A stretch of DNA of 64,000 nucleotides from Octopus vulgaris (GCA_951406725.2 OX597821.1:8618001-8682000); one strand, 5' to 3'; counted from the stretch's first letter, positions 14,560 to 29,339 are shown. Notes: generated by a model from the letters alone, not told the origin. Made by a program: numbers and translations.

Positions 14560-15125
14560 CAAGGGACCTACAAATATAAAAGATGCTAAATGACAGAAAG
14601 CTTAAAGGACACTCATAGACTAGCGGAAGACAAGAAGATGGTAGTGATTTCCAGAGAGCAGCAGTTCGAGAGCAGCAAGAAGCTATAAGAATAAAAAGGA
14701 TTTTTAACTCAGAAGAAGCGAAAGAGGAAACGATGCGCTTGGGAGAAGTGAGCGAAACGTTTAAAGGTGTCGACAGAGAGTAATAAACTAGAAAGTTCAT
14801 GAGGTTAAAGACCATGGAAATACTTATAGAAAAGGCTCAACGAAGATACATTTCGGCAATGAGCTAAAGACTCCAACTCAGTAGAAAGAAGATGATCCAC
14901 CAGGTTAATTACTTGATTCTCAGTTCGATCGAGGAAGTTAAAACACTCAGAGGAGAAACTAGTCCAAAGCTAACAGCAATGTTCAATGCAAGGTCGAATC
15001 GTGGCGTTATAGAGATAGAAGATACGCTCAAGCGTACAAAATCTTTAAGCACAGTAGAGAGAAACGGTCTTTTTGGCAGCCGACAAATATGCTTTACAGC
15101 GTTGCAGCTTCGTATATGCTTTCAG
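14560..15125 (-). mobile_element. CR1-group (L2/Crack/Daphne-like) LINE, decayed 3' end of ORF2
   Basis: Minus-strand peptides LYNATIRPCIEHCC*LW, FLDRTEN, LESLAHCRNVSSLSLFYKYFHG and RTAALWKSLPSSCLP match typical CR1-group post-RT motifs. Confidence 0.75.
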
Positions 15126-15126
15126 T

Positions 15127-15712
<586 letters not shown>

Positions 15713-15849
15713 CATACTTTGCAGCACATTGGTTGAAGAAGTCCTTTCAAACTTATAAGTGACAGGACACATAAAAATTGATGCATTATACATATTTTGA
15801 AGTATCTGATTAGGCTTGAGATATTGCGAAATGATATTCATCTTCAATA

Positions 15850-16480
15850 TTAACAAAGAACAGAATAATACACATCAGAGAGTCAATGTGTCTAATTCAT
15901 ATTTCTTTGACAGTGTTGTCTTTGCACTTCAGAATATTGATCTTTTGCCATGTGATTTTCTGTTCACGGCAACAGCAATGAGATTGATGTTTGGCTTTGG
16001 CTCGTTCTTCAGGCAGCCTCTGGTACTCAGCAATTGTAATTCGAAGCTCCAAGATGGGTTCAGACTTCAAAGATTGAATCGTCTGGCATAGCTATTCTTT
16101 CCGTGGAATAATACTTTAAATTTCAGGATCAGGGCAAAACGTGTCTAAAAAGACGGTGCTTCTCTCGTGAATCTGAATCCTCAAGCTGAATAAAATGCAG
16201 TTAATCTCCTCATGTGGGAGGAGATTAAGTAATCCGACCTTGTGGTAAGATAGCCTTTGTTCTAAAATTGGCATTGATACTCTTTGTTTGATGATGTGTG
16301 TTCCAGTGGAAGTTACTCGGGAAACAACCTTGTATGTAATTACTGATATTAGGCAAAATTGTCTAGGTTTATCTGTAGTAGCACTAAGAAGCAGTTTTAG
16401 CAAGAGACAGTAAAATATATTTCTCACTGGAACAGTATTTTACAGCTGTCTCTTTTATACTCCCAATTTTTGGCCAAACC
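15850..16480 (-). mobile_element. RTE-like reverse transcriptase remnant, heavily decayed
   Basis: Peptides PRQFCLISVITYKVVSRV and CILFSLRIQIHERS resemble the RT N-terminal motifs YRGISLLS..KV and DMIFSLRQIQEK. Confidence 0.4.
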
Positions 16481-16810
16481 CTTGTGAAACATTTAATGCT
16501 AATAGACATATTTTTTTATGTCAGGTTCAGAATCAAAGTTGAAAGCTTTTCTCTCTTACTTTTCAAGAGCCGAGAGTTTCGTGCATCGCACTTATCAAAG
16601 TTTGGTAATTGCCATGCCTGAAACTCTTAGCCCTTGAGTCACTTCTATAGATTAATAACAACAACAACAACGACGACTACAACAACAACATTGAAAATAA
16701 TAATAAAAACAACAACATCAGCAGCAACAACAATAGCAACAATAATAATAATAATAATGCTTTCCACGAAAGACACAAGGGCTGAAATTCAGTAATAATA
16801 AATAATAAGA

Positions 16811-17050
16811 ATTGGTGGATTGGAAACTCGAAGCAAAGATATAGACAAATGGTTGAAGGAAACTGGAATAAAATGACCAAAAGAGTTTCTACAGAAAGTT
16901 TGTCTCTTAGAGACAGGAAAGATTATCAGGAGAGTTGTAAGCACTTGAAAGGTTATTGAAAGCTTGTGGATACCTAAGGGTACAGGTAGTAAGACGCTAC
17001 CCACATATATCCAACCACGAATAAAGCCGAACCTGAATCAAATCAATAAT
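16811..17050 (+). mobile_element. R4/Dong-like LINE, 5'-truncated 3' end
   Basis: IGGLETRSKDIDKWLKETGIK*PKEFLQKVCLLETGKIIRRVVST* resembles the R4/Dong C-terminus (GALG...LQK..LLGT..I.R.VL); begins directly after (TAA)n. Confidence 0.7.
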
Positions 17051-17188
17051 TACAAATCAATATATTTGTTAGAGTGTACTATATATATATATATATATAT
17101 ATATAGTTGAAATTTATAGAAAAACAAAGACAGGTGTAGGAATAGCAAGCAAGTGTATTAGTTTGACGGTTGGGAAAAATGCAAAAAT

Positions 17189-17224
17189 CTTTTACATTTC
17201 GAGCCCACGCTCTTCAACAGAAAG
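17189..17224 (-). ncRNA. minimal hammerhead-like motif, variant core CUGUUGA
   Basis: Minus strand: cttt CTGTTGA agagc-gtgg-gctc GAAAT GTA aaag; inside a TA-flanked insert at 17106-17274. Confidence 0.5.
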
Positions 17225-17270
17225 GAATACGAGGAAATAAATAGAGAGACAATGAGAAAAAAGCGTTGAG

Positions 17271-17322
<52 letters not shown>

Positions 17323-18510
17323 GTGTGTGTGTGTGTGTATTCATACAAACATATGTATGAGTGTATATGTGTGTATGTGTGTATGTGTGTGCGTGTGTGT
17401 GTGTATGTGTTTGCGCGCGTATGTATGCACGTGTGTATATATGTGTGTAGACCATAGGACAATGGAATTCTCAGTTAAGTTTTCTACTCCGATAACCTCA
17501 TTGAACTTGTTACCTTATCTCGATAGTTATTTTTACAATAGACGCAAACAATATCACTGGTCGACGCAAAAGGAAGATAAAAGTAAAAAATATCAATAAT
17601 AGTAAGTAAAAATACAAAATATAGTTACAACTATATATGTATATATACATACACACCCACCCACACATATATAAGTACACACATACACACGTATATACAT
17701 ATATGTATACACACACACATACTCACCTATATATGCATCAATGTTTTTGCTTTTTATTTAACCATACGATTGTCACATTTGAGAAAACTTATGATGAAAG
17801 ACATCAAGTGTTAAACTTGCGATCATAAGTTCCTAGGTTCGATTCCTGGAACCGGTAGCGCATTGTATCCTTCAGGAAGACATCAGTTTACGTTGCTTCA
17901 GTCTAATTAACTGAAATTGAGTACTATCTCCCTCTTTCTTTCTCTCTCCCTCTCTCTCCCTCTCTTCCTTTCTCTCTCTCACCTTACCTCGATATTCTGC
18001 AGTATCATAGGTAGGTGGCTTAGGGGATATCTCTGTAAATTCGGGACAATGCATGCATTTGAATTCATCAGAAACGTATCACAACTCAGTTCATGTATTC
18101 TTGCAAAGGGCCGCTTAGCAAGCTTAGGTCCTTTTTTTTGTGTTTTTTAGAACAGTAGGTTTTGTCTAGCAGATCAAATGGCCTATAAATATTCCTTATT
18201 TAGCTTGTATAATAATGTTTTTTTTTTCTCTTTTGGCATTAGAATCGGGCTTATGATTTGAGAAAGCAGCCCCGGACTGAACCAACCACACACACACTAA
18301 GTTGCAGTTACTTGCTACTGGAGATAAGTCCCTTGCTACTGGACATAATGTTGACAACTGTCACGGCAATGACACCTATTGATGCAGACACCTTGTCAAA
18401 ATAATCTCCTCTTATCTCCCAACGATTTCCTTTTTCCAGATAATTTCCTACTATTTCCATTAATCGACTCGCAGAATTCCTGATTCTTGAGATTCTCTGC
18501 CCTTCTTATG

Positions 18511-18602
18511 TAGCACTGGTCTCCGTGGTCATTTGTTAATTAGCACTGGTCTCCGTGGTCATTTGTTAATTAGCACTGGTCTCCGTGGTCATTTGTTAAT
18601 TA
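18511..18602. repeat. perfect 30-bp tandem repeat, 3 copies
   Basis: tagcactggtctccgtggtcatttgttaat at 18511, 18541 and 18571. Confidence 0.97.
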
Positions 18603-19050
18603 TGACACATTCTCTTGTGGTAGAGATAATTTTGCATAGAATTTGATATAAGTGCAATTGTCTATGTTGCTCAAATACATGTCACTGGTCCTCTGAGTTA
18701 TTTTTCTTAGAACATTTTTGTTTGAATTATGCAAAGTACCTATAAGTGTGTTCAACACCGTTTTGTATTAGTTGAAATCGTTTGGCTATAACAGATAAAG
18801 TTGAACAATTGTCGTGCTGACGACTATCAAGCCAGAAACACTTGTCCACGTTTGTCGTTTATCTCCAGTCAATAACTCTGACTTTATCTTAATGACATGT
18901 CAGCTTCGCAGAATTCTTGAGGTTTTCTCCCATTCGCATATGGTCATGCTATTTGAAGTTGGTAATTATGACATACTGTTTAGAAACAGAGGAACTGTTA
19001 ATAAATCAAGAATTTATGTTGTAAGGTATTTGATATGCTTGTATTTGTTA

Positions 19051-19281
19051 GGCGACGAGCTGGCAGAAACGTTAGCACGCCGGGTGAAATGCGTAGCCGT
19101 ATTTCGTCTGCCGTTACGTTCTGAGTTCAAATTCCGCCGAGGTCCACTTTGCCTTTCATCCTTTCGGGGTCGAATAAATAAGTACCAGTTGGGCACTGGG
19201 GTCGATATAATCGACTTAATCCGTTTGTCTGTCCTTAGTTGTCCCCTCTGTGTTTATCCCCTTGTGGGTAGTAAAGAAATA
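19051..19281 (+). mobile_element. SINE family B (tRNA-derived, Nin-domain-like), full length with 11-bp TSD
   Basis: A-box-like gagctggcagaaacgttagc; B-box gagttcaaattcc; gcctttcatcctttcggggtcga..taagtacc central domain; tgtatttgtta at 19040-19050 and 19282-19292. Confidence 0.9.
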
Positions 19282-20538
19282 TGTATTTGTTAATGCTGTC
19301 CAAATACAGGCCGCTGAATTTTTTCTCTTGGTTTATTTTTGTTCAAATTATCAACATAAAATTGTAATACCTATTTCTTTATTACCCACAAGGGGCTAAA
19401 ATAAAATTGCAATACCAGCATGATATGATGAGTCATGCTTTTCCAGCACTATCGATGCCGTCACTAAAAAACAAAACCAAAAATTTTTGAAATAGGCTCT
19501 AACAACAAAAATAATAACGGAGTCGTTTGAGTGTGGGAGTTTTGCGCTCTGATTTCCGAATATTTGAACTCTGAGTTCAAATTCCACCTAAGTAAACTTT
19601 GCATATTTCATATCCTTCCATTGTAGTTAAAGGGGCTACAAATAAATTTGTTGGGGTTTTTACTTCTCTCTTTCTCAAAATCAACTACACTATCGTGGAG
19701 GATCAATTGTTATGTTCCTTTTCTCACAGAAGATTCAAGGAGAGTTGAGCATTGTGCCAGCAACCTCTTGACAGAATACAATAATTATTCAAAGGAAACA
19801 GAAGATTGCGTGTGTGGTTGGATATTTTCTACGCACGAAACGGATCTTAAACACACACACACACACACACACGCACACACACACACACGCACACACACAC
19901 ACACACGCATATATACTTGTATATGTTGTATTTGTGTGTGCGTGTGTGTGTGTTAGTCTTTTGGTTGATGTCTGTCAGGGAAGAGTATATAACAGAGAAA
20001 ATTGAAGAAAGTTGGAGGAGGAAAAACATGGGATGAAGTGACAGGGATATGAAAGAAAGAAAGAAAGAAAAAGAAAGAGGGATAGGTGAGTTGATGACTG
20101 GGCTTGTAAAATAATAGAAAAATGAACGCCAATGAATCGCTATATAGAACCGTAATTACATGCGCGCGCACACGCACACACACACGAATTAAGAACTGTA
20201 GTAGTTTGTCGTAATTATAATATTGGTTATGATGTTGTTTGATGGATGGAGTGGTTGTAGTTGAGCTAGTCCTTAAGAAATGGCAGCTAAGACTTTATAT
20301 ATTTATTGTTTAAAATTTTTAATGTACTAACACTTAGATTCTTAAAAATCTCGGAAGATTTAACGTATGCATTTTATTGCAATAGTACTCTGCAAATAGA
20401 CATTATTTTCGTAAATAAGCGGCTGTATCATTTCTGTAATATTATTCTCATCTCCTCAATGTTTCCTAAGTCGTAACTATTGAACGTGAGTCTAAATACG
20501 TAGTTTTCAACATGTGTTGCTCTATATGTAAAGTTTTG

Positions 20539-21424
20539 AAATCTATTCCATCTAAACCAGATTTTTTAATTAATTATTTTTGTAACTAAACAGTTTGAAA
20601 TTTCGAATACTGGTAGAATTTCTCACGTAGAACACGGCTTACTCTGATCATTTTGAACAAAATTTCGTATTTCAGATGTTATTTCGTTTTAAAGTTGTAT
20701 TTGGGTAATTTCAACCAATCAACGACGTGTATTCAGCTATAGAAAGCAAATGCAGTTTGCGATAGTAATCGAAAAGGAACAACTTCCGGGTTATTTCTAC
20801 TAAAGTCACCACTCTGCCCTATTCGTATGGCGAGCGAAGACGATGCCACCTTTATCCTTTCTTCCTTTCTAGTCATCACCGTGCATTCCTTACTCTTTCC
20901 TTCCTTTCTACACTATCAACTAGCAACCTGCGAGCGAACTTGTCACTGCCACTACAATTACCGTATTTTCCGGCGTAGAAGCCGCTATTTGTTTTGTTTT
21001 ACCTTCATGTTTTAATAATGTTAACTTTTATTTAATAAAATTTTGTATTGACGAAATGTGTTTGTTGTTGATTATAGTAAGATAAAATCATGGCAATAAC
21101 AATGCATCTCATAGTTGCAAAATAAGGCATTTTGAAACTACATATACGTCAAAAACAAAAAAGATTAGCCGCGAACTCGTGGTGACATTTAGTTGAGATG
21201 ACCCGGACGTTGTTCTTCTTCGATTACTATCGTAAATACCAGTAGCTTTCTTCAACCGAATACACCTCGTTGATTGGTTTAACATACCCCCAAAAGACTA
21301 CTTTAAAACGAAATAACTTCAAAAATGTTCAGAGTAAACCGTTTTCCACGTGAGAAATTCCACCAGTATTCGAAGTTTCAAACTGTTAAAAAAAAAAAAT
21401 CTGTGATTGAGATGGAATAGATTT
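20539..21424. mobile_element. non-autonomous DNA transposon/foldback element with long TIRs
   Basis: Inverted arms 20539-20812 and 21179-21424 (aaatctattccatct... / ...agatggaatagattt); diverged; non-coding interior. Confidence 0.85.
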
Positions 21425-22204
21425 AATTTTTATTTGGGAAAAGGCTAAAATTCAATAAGCAGACCTTCGCCAAAACTATACTACATGGATGTTTTGTCTT
21501 TTATTTCAGTGGCTACATTGAGCAATTCACATTCAATATTTTTTAAGACAGGAGGTTGCGATATGTGCAGAATTTAGCCAAATGATCGCGTAGATACTTC
21601 TTGGTATTTTGGCAAAAACTAAAATGCCATATCTGTTCCATACAATTCCAACACTTTATTATGGTTTCACCGCATACTATCGATGTTTACTCAAAATAAA
21701 GTCAGACGACATAGGTTGATATAGCTTCCAATGAGTGAAGTCTCAGGTGCTGTTATCAGGCACCAATATATTCTGCCGACGTTCTAAAAGTTCAGTTAAT
21801 CCTATTCTTTGGTTTGCAGCGTTGTATTCGACACCCAGAGGAAAAGTTGGTGTCTCAGATGTTTGAACTCATAGAGCAACGAATTGGAACAAATACAGTT
21901 AGGTATAGTATCCAACGTTAAAACTACTACTAGTACCCCGTCAAACAAACACACAAACACACAAACACACATACACACAGATATACGTACACATATTTAC
22001 AACAAGCCATGATTGAAAACACTTTCAAATTATCGCTATGTAGGATGAGATTCGTGACTATATGATATCGTTCATAATGTGTAGAAACGGGAATCTCTTT
22101 GGTATTTAGACGCGGAATATAGTGAGAAAAAACAAAATATTTTAAATTATTTAGCCTGTACACCTATAACAGCTGAGCATATTACATTAGAGAAAACATG
22201 TAAA

Positions 22205-23397
22205 ATTGAGTTAGCATCTAAGTTCCGGCCGTTTTTTAAATTTAAATTTTTAAAAGGTTTAATGAAAAATAACAACTAATTAATCAATAATGTATTCACA
22301 CTTGTTGTTTACAACTTCTTCCCAACGTTCAAAAGATTTTCAATACCTCGTTGGTAGAAATCACCCGATTTCGACTCGAAAAATTGATCCAACAAATCTC
22401 TCAATTCTGCATCAGTATTGAACAAAACTCTGCGCATAGCATTTGAAACAGATCGAAAGAGGTGGAAATCCGTTGGTGCCAAATCAGGAGAGTACGGTGG
22501 GTGTGACAGCACTTCACAGCCATGCGTTTGAATGACTTCCTTGCTTTTATTGGCGATATGAGGGCGGGCGTTGTCGTGCAGCAGAAGAACTCCATGCTGC
22601 CGATTAGGTATTTTCTCTAGAATAGCCGTGTTGAGTCATTCCATCCGTTAAACATAGAGTTCCACGTTGACCGTTTGGTTCTGTTCAAGCAATTTGTAAT
22701 GGATAATCCTTTCCCAGTCCCACTATACGCACAACATTGTTTTACGCTGATGAAGATTTTGTTTCACCCGCGGTGCCGCTTGTTTACTGGGGCTAAGCCA
22801 TTCCTTACGCTGCTTCATACTGATGTATAGGTACTATTTTTTGTCGCCAGTAATGATTCGGTAAAAAAATCGTTGCTTGTGTCCATGAGTTGAGCGGTGA
22901 CGAGCAAGCAAACCAGCAGTGTGGGAGCATTCCATTTTCTCTGCCAGTTCCATTGTCGTTTGACGGGAATTTTCGTGCAAAAGTTGGTTTAATCGCTCTT
23001 CATCGAACTCAACTAGCCGGCCAGAACGAGGTGCGTCTTTGAGGTCAAAATTTCCATTTTTGAACTTGGCATACCAATCACAAGCGGTCCTTTCAGTATG
23101 GCACCCTCTCCATACACAGCATAAATGTCGCGAGCAGCTTTTGCGACCTTAGAACTGTGATTGAAAGCAAAAAGAAGGAGGTGTCGAAAATGCTCGATTT
23201 TCTTAACTTTACCTTCCATTTTAATGATCTGAAATAAACAAAAATTAACTACAATTAATTAAAAAAAAAAATCAAAACAAAATATATTCCAAAATTATTC
23301 AAAAATAGAATTCTCGAAAAAATAAATTCCAAAATTTAAAAACGCAATAAATTCCAAAATTAAAAAGAAAGGCGGGAACTTAGTTGCCAACCCAATA
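22205..23397 (-). mobile_element. mariner transposon (mellifera-like TIR), transposase pseudogene
   Basis: TIR tattgggttggcaactaagttcccgcc at the right end and a degenerate copy at 22205-22233; motifs LLHDNARPH and HPPYSPDLAPTDFHLF; ATG at 23219; frameshifts, stops and an internal deletion near 22920. Confidence 0.93.
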
Positions 23398-23450
23398 ATT
23401 GAAGTAGAAGAAAGATCGATTTCATTCTTGAGTGTAAGGATAGTAATAGT

Positions 23451-23977
23451 TATTGGAGTATTCATGTTGCGTTAAGAGTGAATATTTCTTTATAAACAAT
23501 GTTCTTTTTTATTATTTCGGGGTGCATAAGCAAAAAGATTTTCTTTTACTCCCACCCGTGATGCTCCAACATAAAGTTTCAAATCTGAATCAGGGTGAGA
23601 CTACCATTACAGATTTAGATTCATTCCTCCTGTATATGTGTATTTTATAAGAGAAAAACACGTAATAATTGAATTAGAAATGAGATGGATTTTTATACAC
23701 GAACATCTGTTTGTTTATTATACGACAATAATAATGAGTTGTATGTGTTATTTTATTTGTCAATACAGTAATGGCAATTATATAATGCAGCTCATTTAAA
23801 TACGTAATTTAGTCACTCTTGAATGTGATGATAGTAATGACAAATTAAGTAATTGAAGTATTCATGTTGCAGTAAGAGTGAATATTTCTTTATAAACAAT
23901 GTTTTTTGTTTTATTTCACGGTGCATAAACAAAAAGATTTGCTTTTAGTCCCACACCTGATGCTTCTACATAAGGTT
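23451..23977. repeat. diverged ~127-bp direct duplication
   Basis: 23451-23578 matches 23851-23977 (ttcatgttgc..taagagtgaatatttctttataaacaatgtt...). Confidence 0.85.
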
Positions 23978-24099
23978 GGCCATGTGAAAGTATGGTTCTT
24001 AAAAAACATGTAATAATTGAAGAAGGAGAATTGAAAGATTAAGTTTGAACGTGAATGAAGGTAGAAAGATAGCTATATCATATAGAAGAATAGCTTTAC

Positions 24100-25071
24100 G
24101 GAATGCAGGGGACCTTTGCCGTTTTATCTGATAAAAATTTAGTCGCCATATTTGAAGTGTGTCTAGCGTCATTATCATATTCGAACATGGAATGTCTTCT
24201 TAGTTCCTTGATGCTTTTTAACATTGTTTTCTGCAAAATGTCATAATAAAGCCTTGAATCCATCTTCTCTCAAAAAATGTGAGCCCACCCCCATACACAT
24301 ACACACCAGCTACACTGATGTATCCCCAAGGGATAACACTTCCGCTGCCGTGTTTCACGGTAAACGGTACATTTCTCGCTTTTATCTTCATCTAGTCGTT
24401 GCCATACTCATTCAATACCATCGAACCCAAACAAGTTGTCTTTAGTTTCGTCAGAATAGAGAATTTTATTCCCAAACTCCTTCCTCTTACTCAAATAAGT
24501 ATCGGCAAAAGAAAGACAACTTGATTTATGCCACTCTGGTTGAAACTTCGGCGAACTGTTTGGGAGGATACACGCTTTCCACTAACAAAAGGCACTTCTT
24601 GAGACAAAGATGAAGCGATACGACGCCCGTCATCCATCACGCAACGTTGGATGTGGCGAATATCATGCGCAGTTAAAATAGAAGGGCGACCTGAACGATG
24701 TTAATTGCTTAACCATCCAGCAGCTTTGTACTTCTGAATTACCTTGGCAACTTTGTTTACGCTAATATGTACTCATTTGGTAATTAACTTGCATCCTAAA
24801 CCATTCTTGTGCAATTTGAAAATAATTCTCTTCAAATCTTCAGAGAATTCTATTCCTTTTGGTGTCATTTTAATAAAAATGAAGAAGATTTTCACCACGG
24901 TACACAAATCAGAATTACTGCAGATACAATAACAATGACCGGTGCAAAAGTGCCAGGCGAAATACTTTATTAGAATTGAAATTATCAGCAATATCTGAAT
25001 TTATTAAAAAAGGGGATAAAATATTGAATATAGCAAATTTCCTTTAGAGTGTACATACTTCTGTGAAATAC

Positions 25072-25073
<2 letters not shown>
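24100..25073 (-). mobile_element. Tc1-family transposon, decayed and 3'-truncated
   Basis: MTPKGIEFSEDLKRIIFKLHKNGLG, GRPSIL, NKILYSDETK, KHGSGSVIPWG, YDNDARHTS; terminus begins CAGT at 25073. Confidence 0.88.
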
Positions 25074-25129
<56 letters not shown>

Positions 25130-25132
<3 letters not shown>

Positions 25133-25410
25133 GTAGTAACAGAAAAGAGGAATTTCGGTTGTCCCCACGTGGTGGATTGTAATGTATATAAGAAAAATAA
25201 AAATGGAAAATACGCACACTTACATGGTTATAGTATAATTTTTAATGTATCGACCGGTTTCGATACCGGTTTCAACAACATGGACCCATTTTCTTCTTAA
25301 GAAAAAATATATTTTCATATAAATTAAACATTGTTTCATGAAACCGGTCGATACATTAAAAATTATACTATAACCATGTAAGTGTGCGTATTTTCCGTTT
25401 TTATTTTTCT

Positions 25411-25416
<6 letters not shown>
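25130..25416. mobile_element. Penelope-like terminus with 77-bp inverted repeat, each arm holding the 3' half of a hammerhead
   Basis: 25185-25261 is the reverse complement of 25340-25416 with 1 mismatch; arms start GAAAC-CG-GTC; flanked by (TA)n. Confidence 0.7.
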
Positions 25417-25441
<25 letters not shown>

Positions 25442-25482
25442 ATACATACATACATACATATATATGTATGTATGTATGTATG

Positions 25483-25516
<34 letters not shown>

Positions 25517-25979
25517 TGTATGTATGTATGTATGTATGTATGTATGCATGTATATATACATAGGTGGCTAGAAATATTTAACTCTCAGCAATATACACGG
25601 TCTCATTTGAAACATTAATTTAATATATAATTAATTTATTTCACAGGTCCATTACAATCTATGTACTGCATTACATAAGAAGCGATTTTGCAGCAATTCC
25701 AGAGAAAAAGGTTCTATCCATGGAGATAAGAGGAACTTCCTTTACAAACATCTTCTTCTACCTCCTGCTTCGAGATTGTGAAAAATCAATCAGAGAACTC
25801 CGTCTGTTGTTATTTGGTTTCTTCCTCTCTTCCCTCATATTTCTTTACAGCCTTTAGAAAAAGCCCGCTGAATGTAAAACAATCTGGCAAGGCACGGAGC
25901 TACCAACGTAAATCATTGTCGTCCAGGTTGAAATGATGAATCGTGTATATATGTGTGTGTGTGTGTATGTGTGTGTGTG

Positions 25980-26016
<37 letters not shown>

Positions 26017-26262
26017 GCGTGTCGGTGTGTGCTTGCAAGCACGCGTGTGTACGCATGTATATATGTATATATGTATATATATATGTATATATATATATAT
26101 ATATATTTATGTATATGCACACGTATTAACGTAATTAACGTAGTTGCATATGCAGACATACAGACATATATATATATATACACACATATATATATATCTA
26201 TATATAGATCAATAAATCACTTCCCCACATATATAGATATATATATATATACATACATAGAG

Positions 26263-26293
<31 letters not shown>

Positions 26294-26463
26294 AGAATAT
26301 ACTATCTTGCATTATTTTAATTGAAGACAATAGTATTTTATCGTAAAAATGACATTATGTATACGCATATATAGGCATACGTGTGTACCTATATGTATAC
26401 ATATATACATATGTAAATAACGGTAACCGTAAGAAAATTAGTAAGAGTATATATATATATGTG

Positions 26464-26504
<41 letters not shown>

Positions 26505-26552
26505 GTGCATATATGAGGGTACGTATAATGTGTATACACACACACACGCACA

Positions 26553-26660
<108 letters not shown>

Positions 26661-26976
26661 CAGAGATATAGAAAGAGGGATGTGGAAGTAAGAGAGCAAG
26701 AGTTAGAAGCAGTAGTCGACCATAAAAAATTGGAGAAGAATTCGATGTTTCATTCTTTATCACATACACAAGCTAAAGAAATCAAGTTTTTATTTCTTTA
26801 TTTTCTTTGACAATTCAATAATGCTTCTTATATATAAAGATTCTTGGTAAATTATTTTTATTACTTCCATTAAAAAATGATTTTTTTATTCCACCACGTC
26901 TAAAAATCCTATATTTTTTTTTAATCGAACGCTGTGAAATATTTCTATTTATTTACTAATTGTATATACATGTATA

Positions 26977-27031
<55 letters not shown>

Positions 27032-27250
27032 TTATATATATGGATATATATGTATGTACGCATATATGTATGTATATATATATGTATGTGAATATATAAA
27101 TACTCTCACACACACGCATATATATATGTATATATAACTATGCATATCTCCCAATATTCTTACATTTTCATTTATTTATGCGTATATATCTATATATATG
27201 TGCATGTATATATCTATATATATATATGCATGTATATATATATTTATATA

Positions 27251-27301
<51 letters not shown>

Positions 27302-28574
27302 GCACATATATATAAACTATGTTTCTGAATCTATGCATATATATATATATATATATACTTGCACACACTTAAGTATGTTTATACGCACAAACATACAAAT
27401 ACACACACACAAAGCGCTCTCTCCATACAGAAGCACATACGTACGCACACTCACACATAAACGTACTCACACACAAACACAGACAGAAACAGCCCATGCA
27501 TGCCTACATATGCATATTTTACTTTTCGATATAAGCGTTCGTCCATTTTTCATTCCTGATAACCAAACCATCTGTTATGGAATATAATGAACGCAGGAAT
27601 TGCCAATATAGAGGTCTTTGGATAAGATTTCTCGCAGCTTTTCTCGGCTTATTTTTTCATTGATTGTATCAAAATCGAACATCAGAAAGCAGTTAAATCT
27701 GAACTTAATTCTTTAAATCTGTGACTGTTTTAGTTACAATTTTTGCCATTGATTTCCTTTATATTTATATTTGAAATTTTATTCCTGTTTTTATCAAAGG
27801 TTTTTACTTGACATCTTTGTCTTTTTCTTTTAGTATGGCTACTCTAAATATTGGAAACCGCTAACATTCTATGATTCTTATGCGTGTATATGTGTACGAA
27901 CACAACATTGTATAAGCTTATGTGTTAATGTGTGTATGTGGGGGCAGTACATGTCGTTGGTTTATCCTTGATTATGTGAAGTGTAGCTGTATGTACTTCT
28001 ATATATATATATATATATATATGTAATAATAAATTACTAATCCATATATATGAATATAAATGCAAATAAATATAAATATACATTTATATTATATTCTCAC
28101 ATACATATGTGTGTATATGTATGGGTATATATGTGTGAGTATATGTCTGTGTCAGAGTAATACGAGTTGTATTCGTGCGTATGCACATGCGTTTATCTAT
28201 GAATGTGTGTATGAACATGTTCATGTTTATATGTGAATTCATTTCTATGTTCCTATCAATGGCATCAATAGGTTTCTTTTCCTTACCCCCAAACCGCTAC
28301 CCATTATAAGGAACCTTTATATTTCGTCGATAACATTGAAATATCCTTTGAGTTAAACAATTACAAGTTTTTTTAAAAAATCCCCATGCGAAAAAAAAAA
28401 ATGAAATGCATAATAGAAGAAAACAAAAACCAACAGACGAAAAATTATATAAACGCCTTCAGAATTGCTATTGTGCGGGTATTGACCTGTTGGAAATAAT
28501 ATCCAAGTTTGCTTCACATCGTACTGCACTTCCTTAAGAAAGCCTATAAGAAATTTTATACTATAGCACATTTT

Positions 28575-28757
28575 GATGGGAGGAAGTTTGTCGATTACAT
28601 CGACCCCAGTACTCGCCTGGTACTTAATTCATCAGGCACGAAAGAGTGAAAGGCATAGTTGAACTAGGAACAAGTTGACCACAGAACGTGAAACCGGAAG
28701 GAAATGCCGCTAAGCATTTTATCTAGCGTGCTAACAATTCTGCCAGCTTGCTGGCTT
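28575..28757 (-). mobile_element. SINE family B, diverged
   Basis: gtcgattacatcgaccccagt ... gctaacaattctgccagct. Confidence 0.75.
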
Positions 28758-29339
28758 TGTCACATTGAATAATGACACATATACCTGAGAGACGAAAGTA
28801 CGGGGTAGTCATAGTTACAAGTTCTTAATTCCATAGGTTTTTTTCAGTCGGTGATAATCTAATAGAAAACAACTAAGACACCAAAGCTATCAATACAGGT
28901 ACAGTGTCGATCTCGCGGAACCTTTGGTTCCAAAGCCTTTTTCGAGTAACCGATTTTTTCCGAAACAGGTATGGTTACCTTGGCCAACACTCACTAAATT
29001 AACCAAATATTAAATTTATTCAAATAATTAAATAAAATAAGGACAACTTTACATAAATGTAAATTAGTGTGGTTTATACGAGAACTATCAATATGGGGAA
29101 AGTTGGTGCTGTCCTTCGGTTGAAGGAACCCCATGTTGAAGGTTATATGAATCAGATCTTCTTATCAACTACAGCAGGTTCTTAAAAAATGAAAGTAATG
29201 CTACACTGTAGAAGGTGATTCTTGACTAATGGCTGAAATGAAGAAAAAAATTGCAAAATTATTATAAATTCAGTATTTTAAATTAAAGAACTGTCAGATC
29301 AGAGATTACCTTGTACCAAACACCAATTCCAACAACTTA

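Noticed and set aside
18511-18602. 30-bp repeats resembling CRISPR repeats
   Set aside because: No spacers, no cas genes, eukaryotic context
27520-27720. Possible RT remnant on the minus strand (FDTI...REKL)
   Set aside because: Similarity too short and degenerate to support a call
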